Source: Bacteroidota bacterium
GTDB lineage: Bacteria; Bacteroidota; Bacteroidia; Palsa-965
Direction: 5' to 3'
NCBI GenBank assembly: GCA_003153435.1
Contig: PLYR01000104.1
Span: 2,796-66,795 of the forward strand
DNA: 64,000 nt
Shown: piece after piece, positions 1 through 8,566 of the stretch
How the letters are laid out: the number at the start of each line of letters is the position of its first letter
Position numbering within the stretch: the stretch's first letter is position 1
Notes under the pieces: generated by a model
Database searches by the model: none
Told to the model about the DNA's origin: nothing
Seen by the model: the letters and a program-made list of their open reading frames with translations, nothing else
Program-made: the position numbers and the translations under genes

Positions 1-66
1 GAAGCCTGGCTTGTTGTAAAATTCGACTTTCTCGTCGAGGAAAAGTTTCAGCTCTTTCCGGTTCAT
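1..66 (-). CDS. TIGR02757/DUF2400 family protein, N-terminal fragment (runs off window start)
   Basis: Not in the ORF track. Reverse strand from ATG at 66 reads MNRKELKLFLDEKVEFYNKPGF, resembling the N-terminus of this family as recalled. ATG overlaps the rlmD stop (ATGA). Confidence 0.7.
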   Translation of the reverse strand, partial: MNRKELKLFLDEKVEFYNKPGF

Positions 67-1487
67 CTTCTTTCCAGTAGCACCACATTCTCCACATGGT
101 GTGTATGCGGGAACATATCCACAGGCTGTATTCGGGTGACTTTATACCACTCATCCAGCAGCATAAGATCTCTTGCCTGAGTGCCGGGGTTACAGCTTAC
201 GTAGACAATCTTTTCAGGCTGCATACGGGCAATGGTCCTTACCACATCCTCATGCATCCCTGCACGGGGAGGATCGGTGATGACCACATCGGCTTTACCA
301 TGCTCCTGAACAAAAACATCGCTCAGCACATCTTTCATGTCGCCCGCAAAGAAAAGGGTATTGTTGATCCCGTTGAATGCTGAATTGATTTTTGCATCTG
401 CAATAGCTGGTTCTACCTGTTCAATCCCTATCACCTTCTTTGCTTTCCCTGCCACGAAGTTGGCAATGGTACCTGTTCCGGTATACAAGTCATACACAAT
501 TTCTGTTCCTTTCAACCCGGCGAAATCTCTTGCGATCTTATAAAGCTGAAAGGCCTGATCTGAATTGGTCTGGTAAAACGATTTGGGCGAAATCCTGAAT
601 TTGAGATTTTCCATCTGTTCAAAGATCACCGGCTCACCCGAAAAGAGATGCACCTCCTGATCGAAGATGGTATCATTCTTTTTCTCGTTGATGACATAGT
701 GCAGGGAATTGATCTGTGGAAATGTTTTCTGCAGATGAGTCATCAGCCCGGCAATCGCATCTGCTTCATTTTTAAAGAAGACTATAATCACCATCACTTC
801 TCCTGTAGAAGTGGTTCGGATAATCATATTCCGGAGTAACCCATGCTGATCACGGAGATCAAAGAAGGTGAGTCCGTTCTCCAGGGCATATTTTTTGACT
901 TCCAGCCGTATCGCATTGGAAGGGTCGGCCTGAAGATGGCAATGGTTAATATCCAACACCTTGTCGAACAAACCCGGAATATGAAATCCGAGTGCATTTC
1001 GGTTTCCACCGGGGCCTTCTTCAAAGCTTAGTGATTTATCATTGATCTGTTCCTTGGTAAGCCATTTCTTGTTGGAGAATGTGAATTCAAGCTTGTTCCT
1101 GTACTCGTAGATTTTTGCAGAACCAAGGATAGGGGTGATTTCCGGAATATCCAGCTTTCCGATTCTCACCAGGGCATTATACACCTGCTTTTGTTTGAAG
1201 AACAACTGAGAGTCGTATTTCATATTCTGCCACCGGCACCCTCCGCAGGTTCCGAAATGTTCGCAGGGTGGTTCTGTCCGGCGTTCCGATTGTTTGTGAA
1301 AGAGAATCACATTCCCTTCTCTGAATTTGTTTTTCTTGCGTGTCACTTGCACATCCACCAGATCTCCGGGTATTGCACCTTTCACGAAGACCACCATCTC
1401 ATCCACTTTTCCAATACTCTGTCCTTCTGTTCCTGCATCAATGATGTCGACGTTCAGCAGGATGGGTAATGGCTTGTTGTTTTTCAT
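63..1487 (-). CDS. rlmD: 23S rRNA (uracil-1939-C5)-methyltransferase RlmD
   Basis: TRAM domain, CEHFGTCGGC Fe-S motif, SFYQTN, DLYTGTG, DPPRAG, YVSCNP, DMFPHTHHVE. Start moved to ATG 1487 (MKNNK) because a TACTTTTG element lies at 1494-1501. Confidence 0.95.
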   Translation of the reverse strand: MKNNKPLPILLNVDIIDAGTEGQSIGKVDEMVVFVKGAIPGDLVDVQVTRKKNKFREGNVILFHKQSERRTEPPCEHFGTCGGCRWQNMKYDSQLFFKQKQVYNALVRIGKLDIPEITPILGSAKIYEYRNKLEFTFSNKKWLTKEQINDKSLSFEEGPGGNRNALGFHIPGLFDKVLDINHCHLQADPSNAIRLEVKKYALENGLTFFDLRDQHGLLRNMIIRTTSTGEVMVIIVFFKNEADAIAGLMTHLQKTFPQINSLHYVINEKKNDTIFDQEVHLFSGEPVIFEQMENLKFRISPKSFYQTNSDQAFQLYKIARDFAGLKGTEIVYDLYTGTGTIANFVAGKAKKVIGIEQVEPAIADAKINSAFNGINNTLFFAGDMKDVLSDVFVQEHGKADVVITDPPRAGMHEDVVRTIARMQPEKIVYVSCNPGTQARDLMLLDEWYKVTRIQPVDMFPHTHHVENVVLLERR

Positions 1488-1493
1488 AAGCTG

Positions 1494-1501
1494 CAAAAGT
1501 A
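1494..1501 (-). promoter_or_regulatory. Bacteroidota sigma-A -7 element (TACTTTTG) for rlmD
   Basis: Exact TAnnTTTG match 6 nt upstream of ATG 1487. Confidence 0.7.
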
Positions 1502-1588
1502 CTAAAACGGAACGCTGCCAACTCAAAAAAAAACCGTAATTTAGTAGCTTATAGATGCCAGGTAAGCAATACATTAAAGCACACTCCT

Positions 1589-2833
1589 ATGAATACCGTT
1601 ATGTCTAATAAGAACGCCACTTCCAGAGCTATTGAACTAGAGAACAAATACGGTGCTCATAACTATCACCCCTTACCTGTTGTTTTGGAACGAGGGGAAG
1701 GGGTCTATGTATGGGATGTGGAAGGCAAACAGTATTTCGATTTTCTGTCGGCATACTCTGCCGTCAACCAGGGTCATGGGCATCCGGTCATTCTTCGTGC
1801 AATGATGGAGCAGGCACAGAAGCTGGCACTCACTTCCCGTGCTTTTTATAACGATTGCCTTGGTGAATATGAGAAGTTCATTACTTCCTACTTCGGATTT
1901 GATAAAGTTTTACCAATGAACACCGGAGCCGAAGCGGTTGAAACTGCAATTAAACTGGCTCGCAGGTGGGGGTATGAGAAAAAAGCTATCACCACGGATA
2001 TGGCTAAAATCCTGGTTTGTGAAAATAATTTTCATGGACGGACCATCACGATCGTTTCTCTTTCTACGGATCCTGAAGCATACACCAATTACGGACCTCA
2101 GACTCCCGGTATACTAAAAGTGCCATTCAATGATTTAAATGCCCTTGAAGCAATGCTCAAAGCTGAACCCAATATTGCAGGGTTCCTGGTAGAGCCCGTC
2201 CAGGGTGAAGCAGGGGTTGTGATTGCAGATGATGGATACCTGCTCAAAGCCTTTGAACTTTGTAAAAAACATAATGTACTCTTTATCGCAGATGAGATCC
2301 AATCCGGACTTGGACGCACGGGTAAGCGACTGGCATGCGATCATGAAGGAGTCAGACCGGACGTGCTGATTCTTGGAAAAGCTCTTTCCGGAGGATTGTA
2401 TCCTGTTTCAGCCGTTCTTGCCGATGATGAGATCATGCTCACCATTAAACCCGGTCAGCATGGTTCTACCTATGGCGGAAATCCAATTGGCTGTAAAGTG
2501 GGGATAGCTGGATTAACAGTATTACGCGATGAAAAACTTTCTGAGAATTCCGAGCGACTGGGGAAGGTTCTCCTTGCGGAGCTTGGTAAGATCAAAACCG
2601 ATTTCCCTCAGATTGTTAAGACCGTGCGTGGCAAAGGCCTCTTTGCAGCTATGGTGATCACCGAGAAAGAAGGAAGGAATGCATGGGATGTATGTATGAA
2701 GATGAAGGATCTGGGTCTGCTTGCAAAACCGACCCACGGCGATATCATCCGTTTTGCTCCCCCTCTGGTGATCAATGAAATGCAGCTGATGGAATGTGTT
2801 GGAATTATCCGCAAAGCCCTGAGCTCTTTTTAG
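1589..2833 (+). CDS. rocD: Ornithine--oxo-acid aminotransferase
   Basis: [49 protein letters not shown] Lys in [17 protein letters not shown]. Confidence 0.95.
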   Translation: MNTVMSNKNATSRAIELENKYGAHNYHPLPVVLERGEGVYVWDVEGKQYFDFLSAYSAVNQGHGHPVILRAMMEQAQKLALTSRAFYNDCLGEYEKFITSYFGFDKVLPMNTGAEAVETAIKLARRWGYEKKAITTDMAKILVCENNFHGRTITIVSLSTDPEAYTNYGPQTPGILKVPFNDLNALEAMLKAEPNIAGFLVEPVQGEAGVVIADDGYLLKAFELCKKHNVLFIADEIQSGLGRTGKRLACDHEGVRPDVLILGKALSGGLYPVSAVLADDEIMLTIKPGQHGSTYGGNPIGCKVGIAGLTVLRDEKLSENSERLGKVLLAELGKIKTDFPQIVKTVRGKGLFAAMVITEKEGRNAWDVCMKMKDLGLLAKPTHGDIIRFAPPLVINEMQLMECVGIIRKALSSF

Positions 2834-2851
2834 AGCAGAACCTTTCTTAAA

Positions 2852-3180
2852 GAGATCATCCCACTTCATTGAAAGAATAATCATTCTCAGTTAGAGATGG
2901 TTTCTATCCCTGGAGACAAGATTAACGTTCAACTGAAGATCGTTATCATCTCTGCTTCCATAATCGCTTTTTTACCTCGGATTTTATCAGTCTTTAAAGA
3001 GATGATGACTGTTCCTTTCTGAACCGCAACGATCTCTCTAGATGAGATCATCGTTCCGTTGAGAATCGTTTTCGTCTCTAAATGTTTAATGATAATTCAA
3101 CGGAGAATAATAACAATCTCTTTCGCTATTGTGATTGTGTTTGTAGGAAGAGCGATTCTTCTTTTAAGAATGATCCATGT
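2852..3180. repeat. Degenerate 21-bp (42-bp higher-order) tandem array, ~15 units
   Basis: Units in register from 2894, e.g. gagatggtttctatccctgga, aagatcgttatcatctctgct, gagatgatgactgttcctttc, agaatcgttttcgtctctaaa, agaataataacaatctctttc. Confidence 0.65.
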
Positions 3181-3201
3181 GCTGATTGCGGAGAAAAACA
3201 C

Positions 3202-3453
3202 TCAGGGATTGCTAATCTGTCTCGCTTTCGCTTCTTTGAAAGCAATGAACATCTCATTGAACCTCTCCAAAGCCTTACGAATGAAATCACTATCCATGAT
3301 CCTTTCGATCTCTTCGGGGCCTGTCACTTCTCCTTCAGAAAACTTAAAGACTTGCTCCATAGGGCCGGCTTCCAGCTTAACAATGAATTTTTCATTCATA
3401 TGAAAGATGCTGATCCGGATGGAAGGATGGGGGATGGTGGCTATGATTCTCAT
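3202..3453 (-). CDS. Small conserved hypothetical protein (83 aa)
   Basis: MRIIATIPHPSIRISIFHMNEKFIVKLE...EQVFKF resembles a recurrent small Bacteroidota protein; co-oriented with the two upstream genes. Confidence 0.75.
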   Translation of the reverse strand: MRIIATIPHPSIRISIFHMNEKFIVKLEAGPMEQVFKFSEGEVTGPEEIERIMDSDFIRKALERFNEMFIAFKEAKARQISNP

Positions 3454-3506
3454 AATGCATATTTAGGCAATGACCCGGAAGCAGGATAGATTCCGGATTC
3501 GGATCG

Positions 3507-3917
3507 TCAGCGTTGAAATTTATGGGCTGCTTCAAGATCTCCCTGCTGCCCGTCGTCATTCAATTTCTGAATGGCCTGGGCCAGGATCAAATAAGAATCC
3601 AGCTTTTTGTCTCTAAGTATTTGTGCTGCTTGTTTATCTCCGGATGCAGCATGAGAAGTTAGTGCCCAGATGAGCACTTTGTTCTGCATCAGCCATTCAA
3701 AAGCTTTTTTATCTCCCAGGACTGAATTTCCGAAAGCTGCGAGTTCCGGATAATTATTTTCCAGAAGCCAGCGCATGTCTTCTTTTTTTCCACGGATGAG
3801 GGAAGCCAGAACGATCAGTTCTTTATAATTCTGTTCTGCCAGCCAGTTGAACGCAAGCGTATTGCCTATAAGGCTTTCAGCCAGTTTACGGATCGGCTCC
3901 AGTGGGTATATCTTCAT
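3507..3917 (-). CDS. Hypothetical protein made of four 25-aa helical repeats
   Basis: G-x3-AFxWL-x2-NNYxEL pattern recurs every 25 aa; 16 bp downstream of the SPFH gene. Confidence 0.8.
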   Translation of the reverse strand: MKIYPLEPIRKLAESLIGNTLAFNWLAEQNYKELIVLASLIRGKKEDMRWLLENNYPELAAFGNSVLGDKKAFEWLMQNKVLIWALTSHAASGDKQAAQILRDKKLDSYLILAQAIQKLNDDGQQGDLEAAHKFQR

Positions 3918-3933
3918 CGGTAACCTCGTCGGT

Positions 3934-5061
3934 TTACATCGGAGGCATCGGAGGAGGAACGCTTCCGAAGACGGAGCTCAGCTCAGGCACCTGACCTGCT
4001 GCTATCCAGGCAGCCATACCGGTCTTCCACGCCAGGGTCTCCCTTGTTAGCTGTCCGCTCTGCACCATTTCTGTGAGCTGTTGTGTATTGAATGGACCCG
4101 CCTGCGCACCATTAACAGCCAGGAAATACTGGATCTGAGGAGGCATCGGAGGAGGAGTGTTCATTTGTTGGTTCTGCTGATTCTGCTGGTTCTGGTTTGG
4201 TAGCATGGTATTTCCAAGCACATTGGTCATCAGATTACCCATGCCCATTCCCATGCCCATACCCATACCCATTCCCATAGTACCACCACCGTTTTCGGCA
4301 GCGATTTCAATGGATTTGGCAGCTTTCATCTGGGCCAGTTTACCCATATCGATTTTATTCAGACGGCTATACTCGAAGATTTCCTTCTTGAGTTCATCAG
4401 GCATGCTCACGTTTTCTACCAGGAAACGCATGATGCTCAGACCATAATCAGCAAAATCTGTATTCAGCTTTTCCTGACCTATTTTGCTCAGGTCTTCCAG
4501 ATTGGCTGCGAATTTCTCGATCGGGAAATTTCCGTTGGCTGCTGCATTGGTAAATTTGGTAACGATCAGGCTCTTCAGCTGACCGACTATTTCATCTACC
4601 GTATATGTTTTTTCAGTACCGGAAACTTCCTTCAGAAATTTTCCGGCATCGGTTACTTTGAATGCGAAAGATCCGAAGGCCCGGAGTTCAATCATTCCGA
4701 AGCGTTCGTCATCCAGGGTTATCGGGTTCTTGGTTCCCCACTTCTGATCAATGAACTGGCGCGTACTCACAAAGAATACGTCAGCTTTGAACGGACTGTT
4801 AAAGCCATATTTCCAACCTCTCAGCGTGGAAAGGAGGGGCATATTCTGTGTTTCGAGGGAATACATACCGGGCTGGAACACATCGGCAATCTTACCTTCG
4901 TTCAGAAACACCGCCACCTGGCTTTCTCTAACGGTAAGCTTGGCTCCCATCTTAATCTCACTCTGATAACGAGGAAAATGCCACACGATCGTATCGGTAG
5001 TATCATCCTGCCATTCAATAATATCAATGAATTCCTGTTTGAGTTTGTCAAAGAGTCCCAT
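3934..5061 (-). CDS. SPFH (band 7, YdjI-like) domain protein with C-terminal GYF_2/DUF4339 domain
   Basis: EFIDIIEW, LTVRESQVAVF, GWKYGFNSPFKADVFFV, KWGTKNPI; (MG)n and Q/P linker; NGAQAGPF...TLAWKTGMAAW. Confidence 0.9.
   Translation of the reverse strand: MGLFDKLKQEFIDIIEWQDDTTDTIVWHFPRYQSEIKMGAKLTVRESQVAVFLNEGKIADVFQPGMYSLETQNMPLLSTLRGWKYGFNSPFKADVFFVSTRQFIDQKWGTKNPITLDDERFGMIELRAFGSFAFKVTDAGKFLKEVSGTEKTYTVDEIVGQLKSLIVTKFTNAAANGNFPIEKFAANLEDLSKIGQEKLNTDFADYGLSIMRFLVENVSMPDELKKEIFEYSRLNKIDMGKLAQMKAAKSIEIAAENGGGTMGMGMGMGMGMGMGNLMTNVLGNTMLPNQNQQNQQNQQMNTPPPMPPQIQYFLAVNGAQAGPFNTQQLTEMVQSGQLTRETLAWKTGMAAWIAAGQVPELSSVFGSVPPPMPPM
4238..4279 (-). repeat. Coding hexanucleotide repeat encoding (MG)n
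   Basis: (ATGGGN)n within the SPFH gene. Confidence 0.8.
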
Positions 5062-5105
5062 GGGAGCTGTTGTTTTATGTTAGAAATAAGTTGAAAGCCG
5101 AGAAT

Positions 5106-5113
5106 CAAACGTA
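5106..5113 (-). promoter_or_regulatory. -7 element (TACGTTTG) for the SPFH operon
   Basis: TAnnTTTG match 44 nt upstream of ATG 5061. Confidence 0.6.
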
Positions 5114-5257
5114 CGTGATTTTCACGGAACTCCCAAGTACCTGATGAAATTTAATCGCTTCATAATAAAGCCCCTTCTTGCCTGGTTTCCAGACCCGGAA
5201 AAAGAGAAACAACCCTGGATTTCACGAGAACCCATAATTGCTTAAAATTGCAGACGA

Positions 5258-6484
5258 ATGAGCAGGCATTATATTGTAATTGGAGGGGGGGCAGCCGGAT
5301 ATTTTGCCGCTGTGAACCTGAAGCGCCTATGTCCGGAGGATAAGGTCACCATCCTGGAAAAGGGGAATAAGGTCCTATCCAAGGTCAGGATATCGGGTGG
5401 GGGACGCTGTAACGTGACCCATGCCTGCTTTGAAAATGGCCTGTTGGTTCAACACTACCCCCGGGGATCCAAAGCCCTGAGAGGGGCCTTTAGCCGCTTC
5501 AGTGTCGCCGATACTATTGCCTGGTATGAGGAACGAGGGGTTAAACTGAAGACCGAACCGGATGGACGAATGTTCCCTGAAACCGATGACTCTTCCACAA
5601 TCATCAACTGTTTAATGAACGAAGCCGATAAGTTTGGTGTGGAACTGAAGCTGGGAGCCGATGTAAAGAAAATCATCCCTGCCGAAAGCGGGTTCAGCCT
5701 CGAAATGAACGGAGGGGGAACCCTCCATGCCGACAAGCTGCTCATTGCTACCGGAGGGAGTCCTAAGCTTGAATCGTATAACTGGATGAAGGAGCTTGGA
5801 CATCAGATCTCATTCCCAGTACCTTCCTTGTTTACTTTTAATACGCCTCAATCGCCCCTGACCAAGCTCATGGGCCTCTCTGTTCCAGATGCGCAGGTGA
5901 AGATTGAAGGCCTTCCTTTGGTCTCCAACGGCCCCTTGCTGATTACTCATTGGGGTTTCAGCGGCCCTTCGATACTTCGTCTGTCAGCACTTGCCGCCAG
6001 GGAGCTTCAGGAAAGAAACTATATTTTCGATATCCGCATCTCGTGGACTGGTACAAAAAAGGAAGAAGAAATAAGACTTCGTTTTTCAGAGGTCAGGATG
6101 ATCTGGAACACCAGACAAATTGCCGTCCATCCCCTTTTCGACCTTCCGAAAAGGCTCTGGGAGTATCTCGTTGAACAGGCCGGAATTGAACCGGAAATGA
6201 AGTGGGCCGACCTTCCTAAAAAAAACATGAATAAACTCATCAACAGCCTGCTTCATGATACATACACTGTGAAAGGAAAAACAACATTCAAGGAAGAATT
6301 TGTGACTTGCGGTGGGATTGCTTTGGAAGATGTGGATTTCAGAACCATGGAAAGCAGGAAGTGTAAAAACCTCTACTTTGCAGGGGAGATGTTGGATATA
6401 GATGGCATTACCGGCGGGTTCAATTTCCAATCGGCCTGGACTACGGGCTGGATTGCAGCCCAGGGCATGGGACAGGTGGATTAA
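5258..6484 (+). CDS. HI0933/YhiN/BaiN family FAD-dependent oxidoreductase
   Basis: IGGGAAG, KVRISGGGRCNVTH, LITHWGFSGP, EFVTCGGI, GEMLDIDGITGGFNFQSAWTTG. Confidence 0.93.
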   Translation: MSRHYIVIGGGAAGYFAAVNLKRLCPEDKVTILEKGNKVLSKVRISGGGRCNVTHACFENGLLVQHYPRGSKALRGAFSRFSVADTIAWYEERGVKLKTEPDGRMFPETDDSSTIINCLMNEADKFGVELKLGADVKKIIPAESGFSLEMNGGGTLHADKLLIATGGSPKLESYNWMKELGHQISFPVPSLFTFNTPQSPLTKLMGLSVPDAQVKIEGLPLVSNGPLLITHWGFSGPSILRLSALAARELQERNYIFDIRISWTGTKKEEEIRLRFSEVRMIWNTRQIAVHPLFDLPKRLWEYLVEQAGIEPEMKWADLPKKNMNKLINSLLHDTYTVKGKTTFKEEFVTCGGIALEDVDFRTMESRKCKNLYFAGEMLDIDGITGGFNFQSAWTTGWIAAQGMGQVD

Positions 6485-6536
6485 AGCATTATATTAGTCT
6501 GTCGAATATTAATCTTGCAGGAATTATTTTAAATAA

Positions 6537-6544
6537 TATCTTTG
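6537..6544 (+). promoter_or_regulatory. -7 element (TATCTTTG)
   Basis: Overlaps the ORF-track TTG start, 6 nt upstream of ATG 6551. Confidence 0.65.
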
Positions 6545-6550
6545 AAAGAT

Positions 6551-8551
6551 ATGATACGCCCGTCTGCTCTCTTTTTAATATTTCTTTTTATAGGTTTTGC
6601 ATCCCATGCGCAGACGAGCACGGGTAAGAAGAAGAAATTCCTTGCCGATGATGCCGATCACAAAATATTTGATAAAGGTGAATATTACTTTGATCAGGGC
6701 AACTATGCACTGGCCATGGTTGAATATAAAAAACTCGAAGTTGAATTTCCGGAAGAAGGAGTGCTCATTTACAGGATCGGGGTATGTTATGTAAACTCCC
6801 ACGGAGAAAAAGAACGGTCACTCGATTATCTCGGAAAGCTGGATCCCGATAAATTCAGAAAAACAGATCTTCTTTTTTACCTGGGCAGGGCCAATCACCT
6901 GAACTATCAGTTTGACAAGGCAATAGATTTTTACACCCGGTTCAAAGAATCCAAACGTGGAAAAGAAAAGCAGAAAGTATGTGATCGGCTCATTGAAAAC
7001 TGCACAGCTGCCAAAGAACTCTATGCTCATCCGACCAAGGCAGAGATTGTAAACATCGGCCCTCCTGTGAATACCCAGTTCTCCGAATATGGGCCCACGG
7101 TGTCTTCTGATGAAGCTACCTTGATCTATACCTATCTCGGACCCCGTTGCAAAGGCGGGTTACAGAAAGAGCCCGGAGTGGCTGATTCTGCCGGACAATA
7201 TTTTGAGGATATCTTGGTGTCCCTGAAAGACAGTGCAGGGCATTGGACTTTTCCGGAGCCTATCGATGAGATCAATACCAATGGACCGGATGCTGCCATC
7301 TCGCTCTCAAACGACGGACAAAAATTATTGGTCTTTAAGAATTCAGCAGGTGATGTAGGCGATATCTACCTGAGTCGTCTGGAAGGCAGTAAATGGTCCG
7401 AACCTGAACCTCTGCGTGGAGATGTTAACACCACAGCCTGGGAAGGTAGTGCCTCCTTCTCCCCGGATGAGCACACACTCTATTTTTCAAGTGAGAGACC
7501 GGGCGGATTCGGAGGGAAAGATATTTACTCAGCCACCTTGCAGGATGGCGGCAGCTGGGGAAATGTCAAAAACCTGGGTCCAACCATCAACACAGAATAT
7601 GATGATGACAGCCCGATCATGCATCCCGATGGGGTTTCTCTCTATTTCAACTCGGTTGGACATACCAATATGGGAGGGAATGATATTTTTGTTTCCATGT
7701 TAAAGGAAGACAGCACCTGGTCAGAACCCGAAAACCTGGGCTACCCGGTCAATACTCCGGATGATGATTTGTTCTTTTTTCCGGTAGGTAATGGCGACCG
7801 GGGTTACTATTCCTCAGGTCAAAAAGGAGGTTTTGGACAACAGGATATCTACCGTGTGGATGGTCTGGGAAGGAAAGTAAAATTTGTCATGGTTAAAGGA
7901 GTCGTTACCGTAGATGATAAAGCAGTAGATGCGTCTATTATCGTTCTGAATGAGAAAAAAGGAACTCAGGTTGCTTTTCATTCCAACTCTGTGACCGGAA
8001 AATATCTGGTGAATCTGGCACCCAATACAAGCTTCAAACTACAATTTAAAGCACCCGGTTTTGAAGATCAGGTCAAAACCATGAATACGTTGAATGTTGA
8101 TTCTTTTATGGAATCGACTATGGATGTTCAATTTTATACAGAAGCATTTAAAAATAATCTCAAGCGGATACACGATTCCATTTCTCTTGTTAAGGATACT
8201 GCCAAAGCCAAAGCAGGTACAGCCGGCATGAGCCTCGCTGAAGTGATTGCGAAATATGGCGACTCGAAAGTAGAAGGGCTGGAGTTCCGGGTCCAGATCG
8301 GGGCCTTTAACTTAAAAGATAATTTTAATTACGGTGGCTTATTGAAACTGGGTAAGGTTCAGAAAAACAAAGGAGAGGATGGCATCACGCGCTTCACCAT
8401 TGGGCATAAAGCCACACTCAATGAAATCTATACCCTGAAGAAAAAAGTGATTGATGCCGGTATCAAGGATGCTTTTGTGGTGACATACTACCAGAAGAAA
8501 CGTATTTCCTTAAGAGAAGTCATCACTCAGAACTTATTTCAGAAGCCCTAG
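6551..8551 (+). CDS. Secreted TPR + PD40 beta-propeller + carboxypeptidase-regulatory-like + C-terminal SPOR-like protein (PorE-like scaffold without OmpA domain)
   Basis: Signal peptide ending SHA|Q; TPR helices; PD40 motifs (LYFSSERPGGFGGKDIY, NLGPTINTEYDDDSP, NLGYPVNTPDDD); C-terminal FRVQIGAF...GIKDAFVV. Confidence 0.85.
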   Translation: MIRPSALFLIFLFIGFASHAQTSTGKKKKFLADDADHKIFDKGEYYFDQGNYALAMVEYKKLEVEFPEEGVLIYRIGVCYVNSHGEKERSLDYLGKLDPDKFRKTDLLFYLGRANHLNYQFDKAIDFYTRFKESKRGKEKQKVCDRLIENCTAAKELYAHPTKAEIVNIGPPVNTQFSEYGPTVSSDEATLIYTYLGPRCKGGLQKEPGVADSAGQYFEDILVSLKDSAGHWTFPEPIDEINTNGPDAAISLSNDGQKLLVFKNSAGDVGDIYLSRLEGSKWSEPEPLRGDVNTTAWEGSASFSPDEHTLYFSSERPGGFGGKDIYSATLQDGGSWGNVKNLGPTINTEYDDDSPIMHPDGVSLYFNSVGHTNMGGNDIFVSMLKEDSTWSEPENLGYPVNTPDDDLFFFPVGNGDRGYYSSGQKGGFGQQDIYRVDGLGRKVKFVMVKGVVTVDDKAVDASIIVLNEKKGTQVAFHSNSVTGKYLVNLAPNTSFKLQFKAPGFEDQVKTMNTLNVDSFMESTMDVQFYTEAFKNNLKRIHDSISLVKDTAKAKAGTAGMSLAEVIAKYGDSKVEGLEFRVQIGAFNLKDNFNYGGLLKLGKVQKNKGEDGITRFTIGHKATLNEIYTLKKKVIDAGIKDAFVVTYYQKKRISLREVITQNLFQKP

Positions 8552-8566
8552 ACCTAACGGAAGCTG

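Noticed and set aside
1488..1574. N-terminal extensions in the ORF track (rlmD; also starts at 18023, 20116, 33350, 40784, 41798, 44860, 54932, 61186)
   Set aside because: Most of these upstream starts overlap or precede a promoter, operator or terminator element, and all add sequence outside the recognisable protein; downstream ATGs fit better.
2852..3180. Possible CRISPR array
   Set aside because: No invariant repeat with unique spacers and no cas genes; the periodicity is 21/42 nt and highly degenerate.
3059..3489. ORF-track + strand ORFs 3059..3403 and 3082..3489
   Set aside because: They overlap the more credible 83-aa minus-strand gene and the degenerate repeat, and their composition looks like shadow ORFs.
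5114..5126. CGTGA-ttt-TCACG palindrome beside the SPFH promoter
   Set aside because: Arms are only 5 bp with no convincing second copy, so it could arise by chance.
6551..8551. Calling either PD40 protein PorE or TolB
   Set aside because: No lipobox and no OmpA-C domain; only the N-terminal architecture is shared with PorE.
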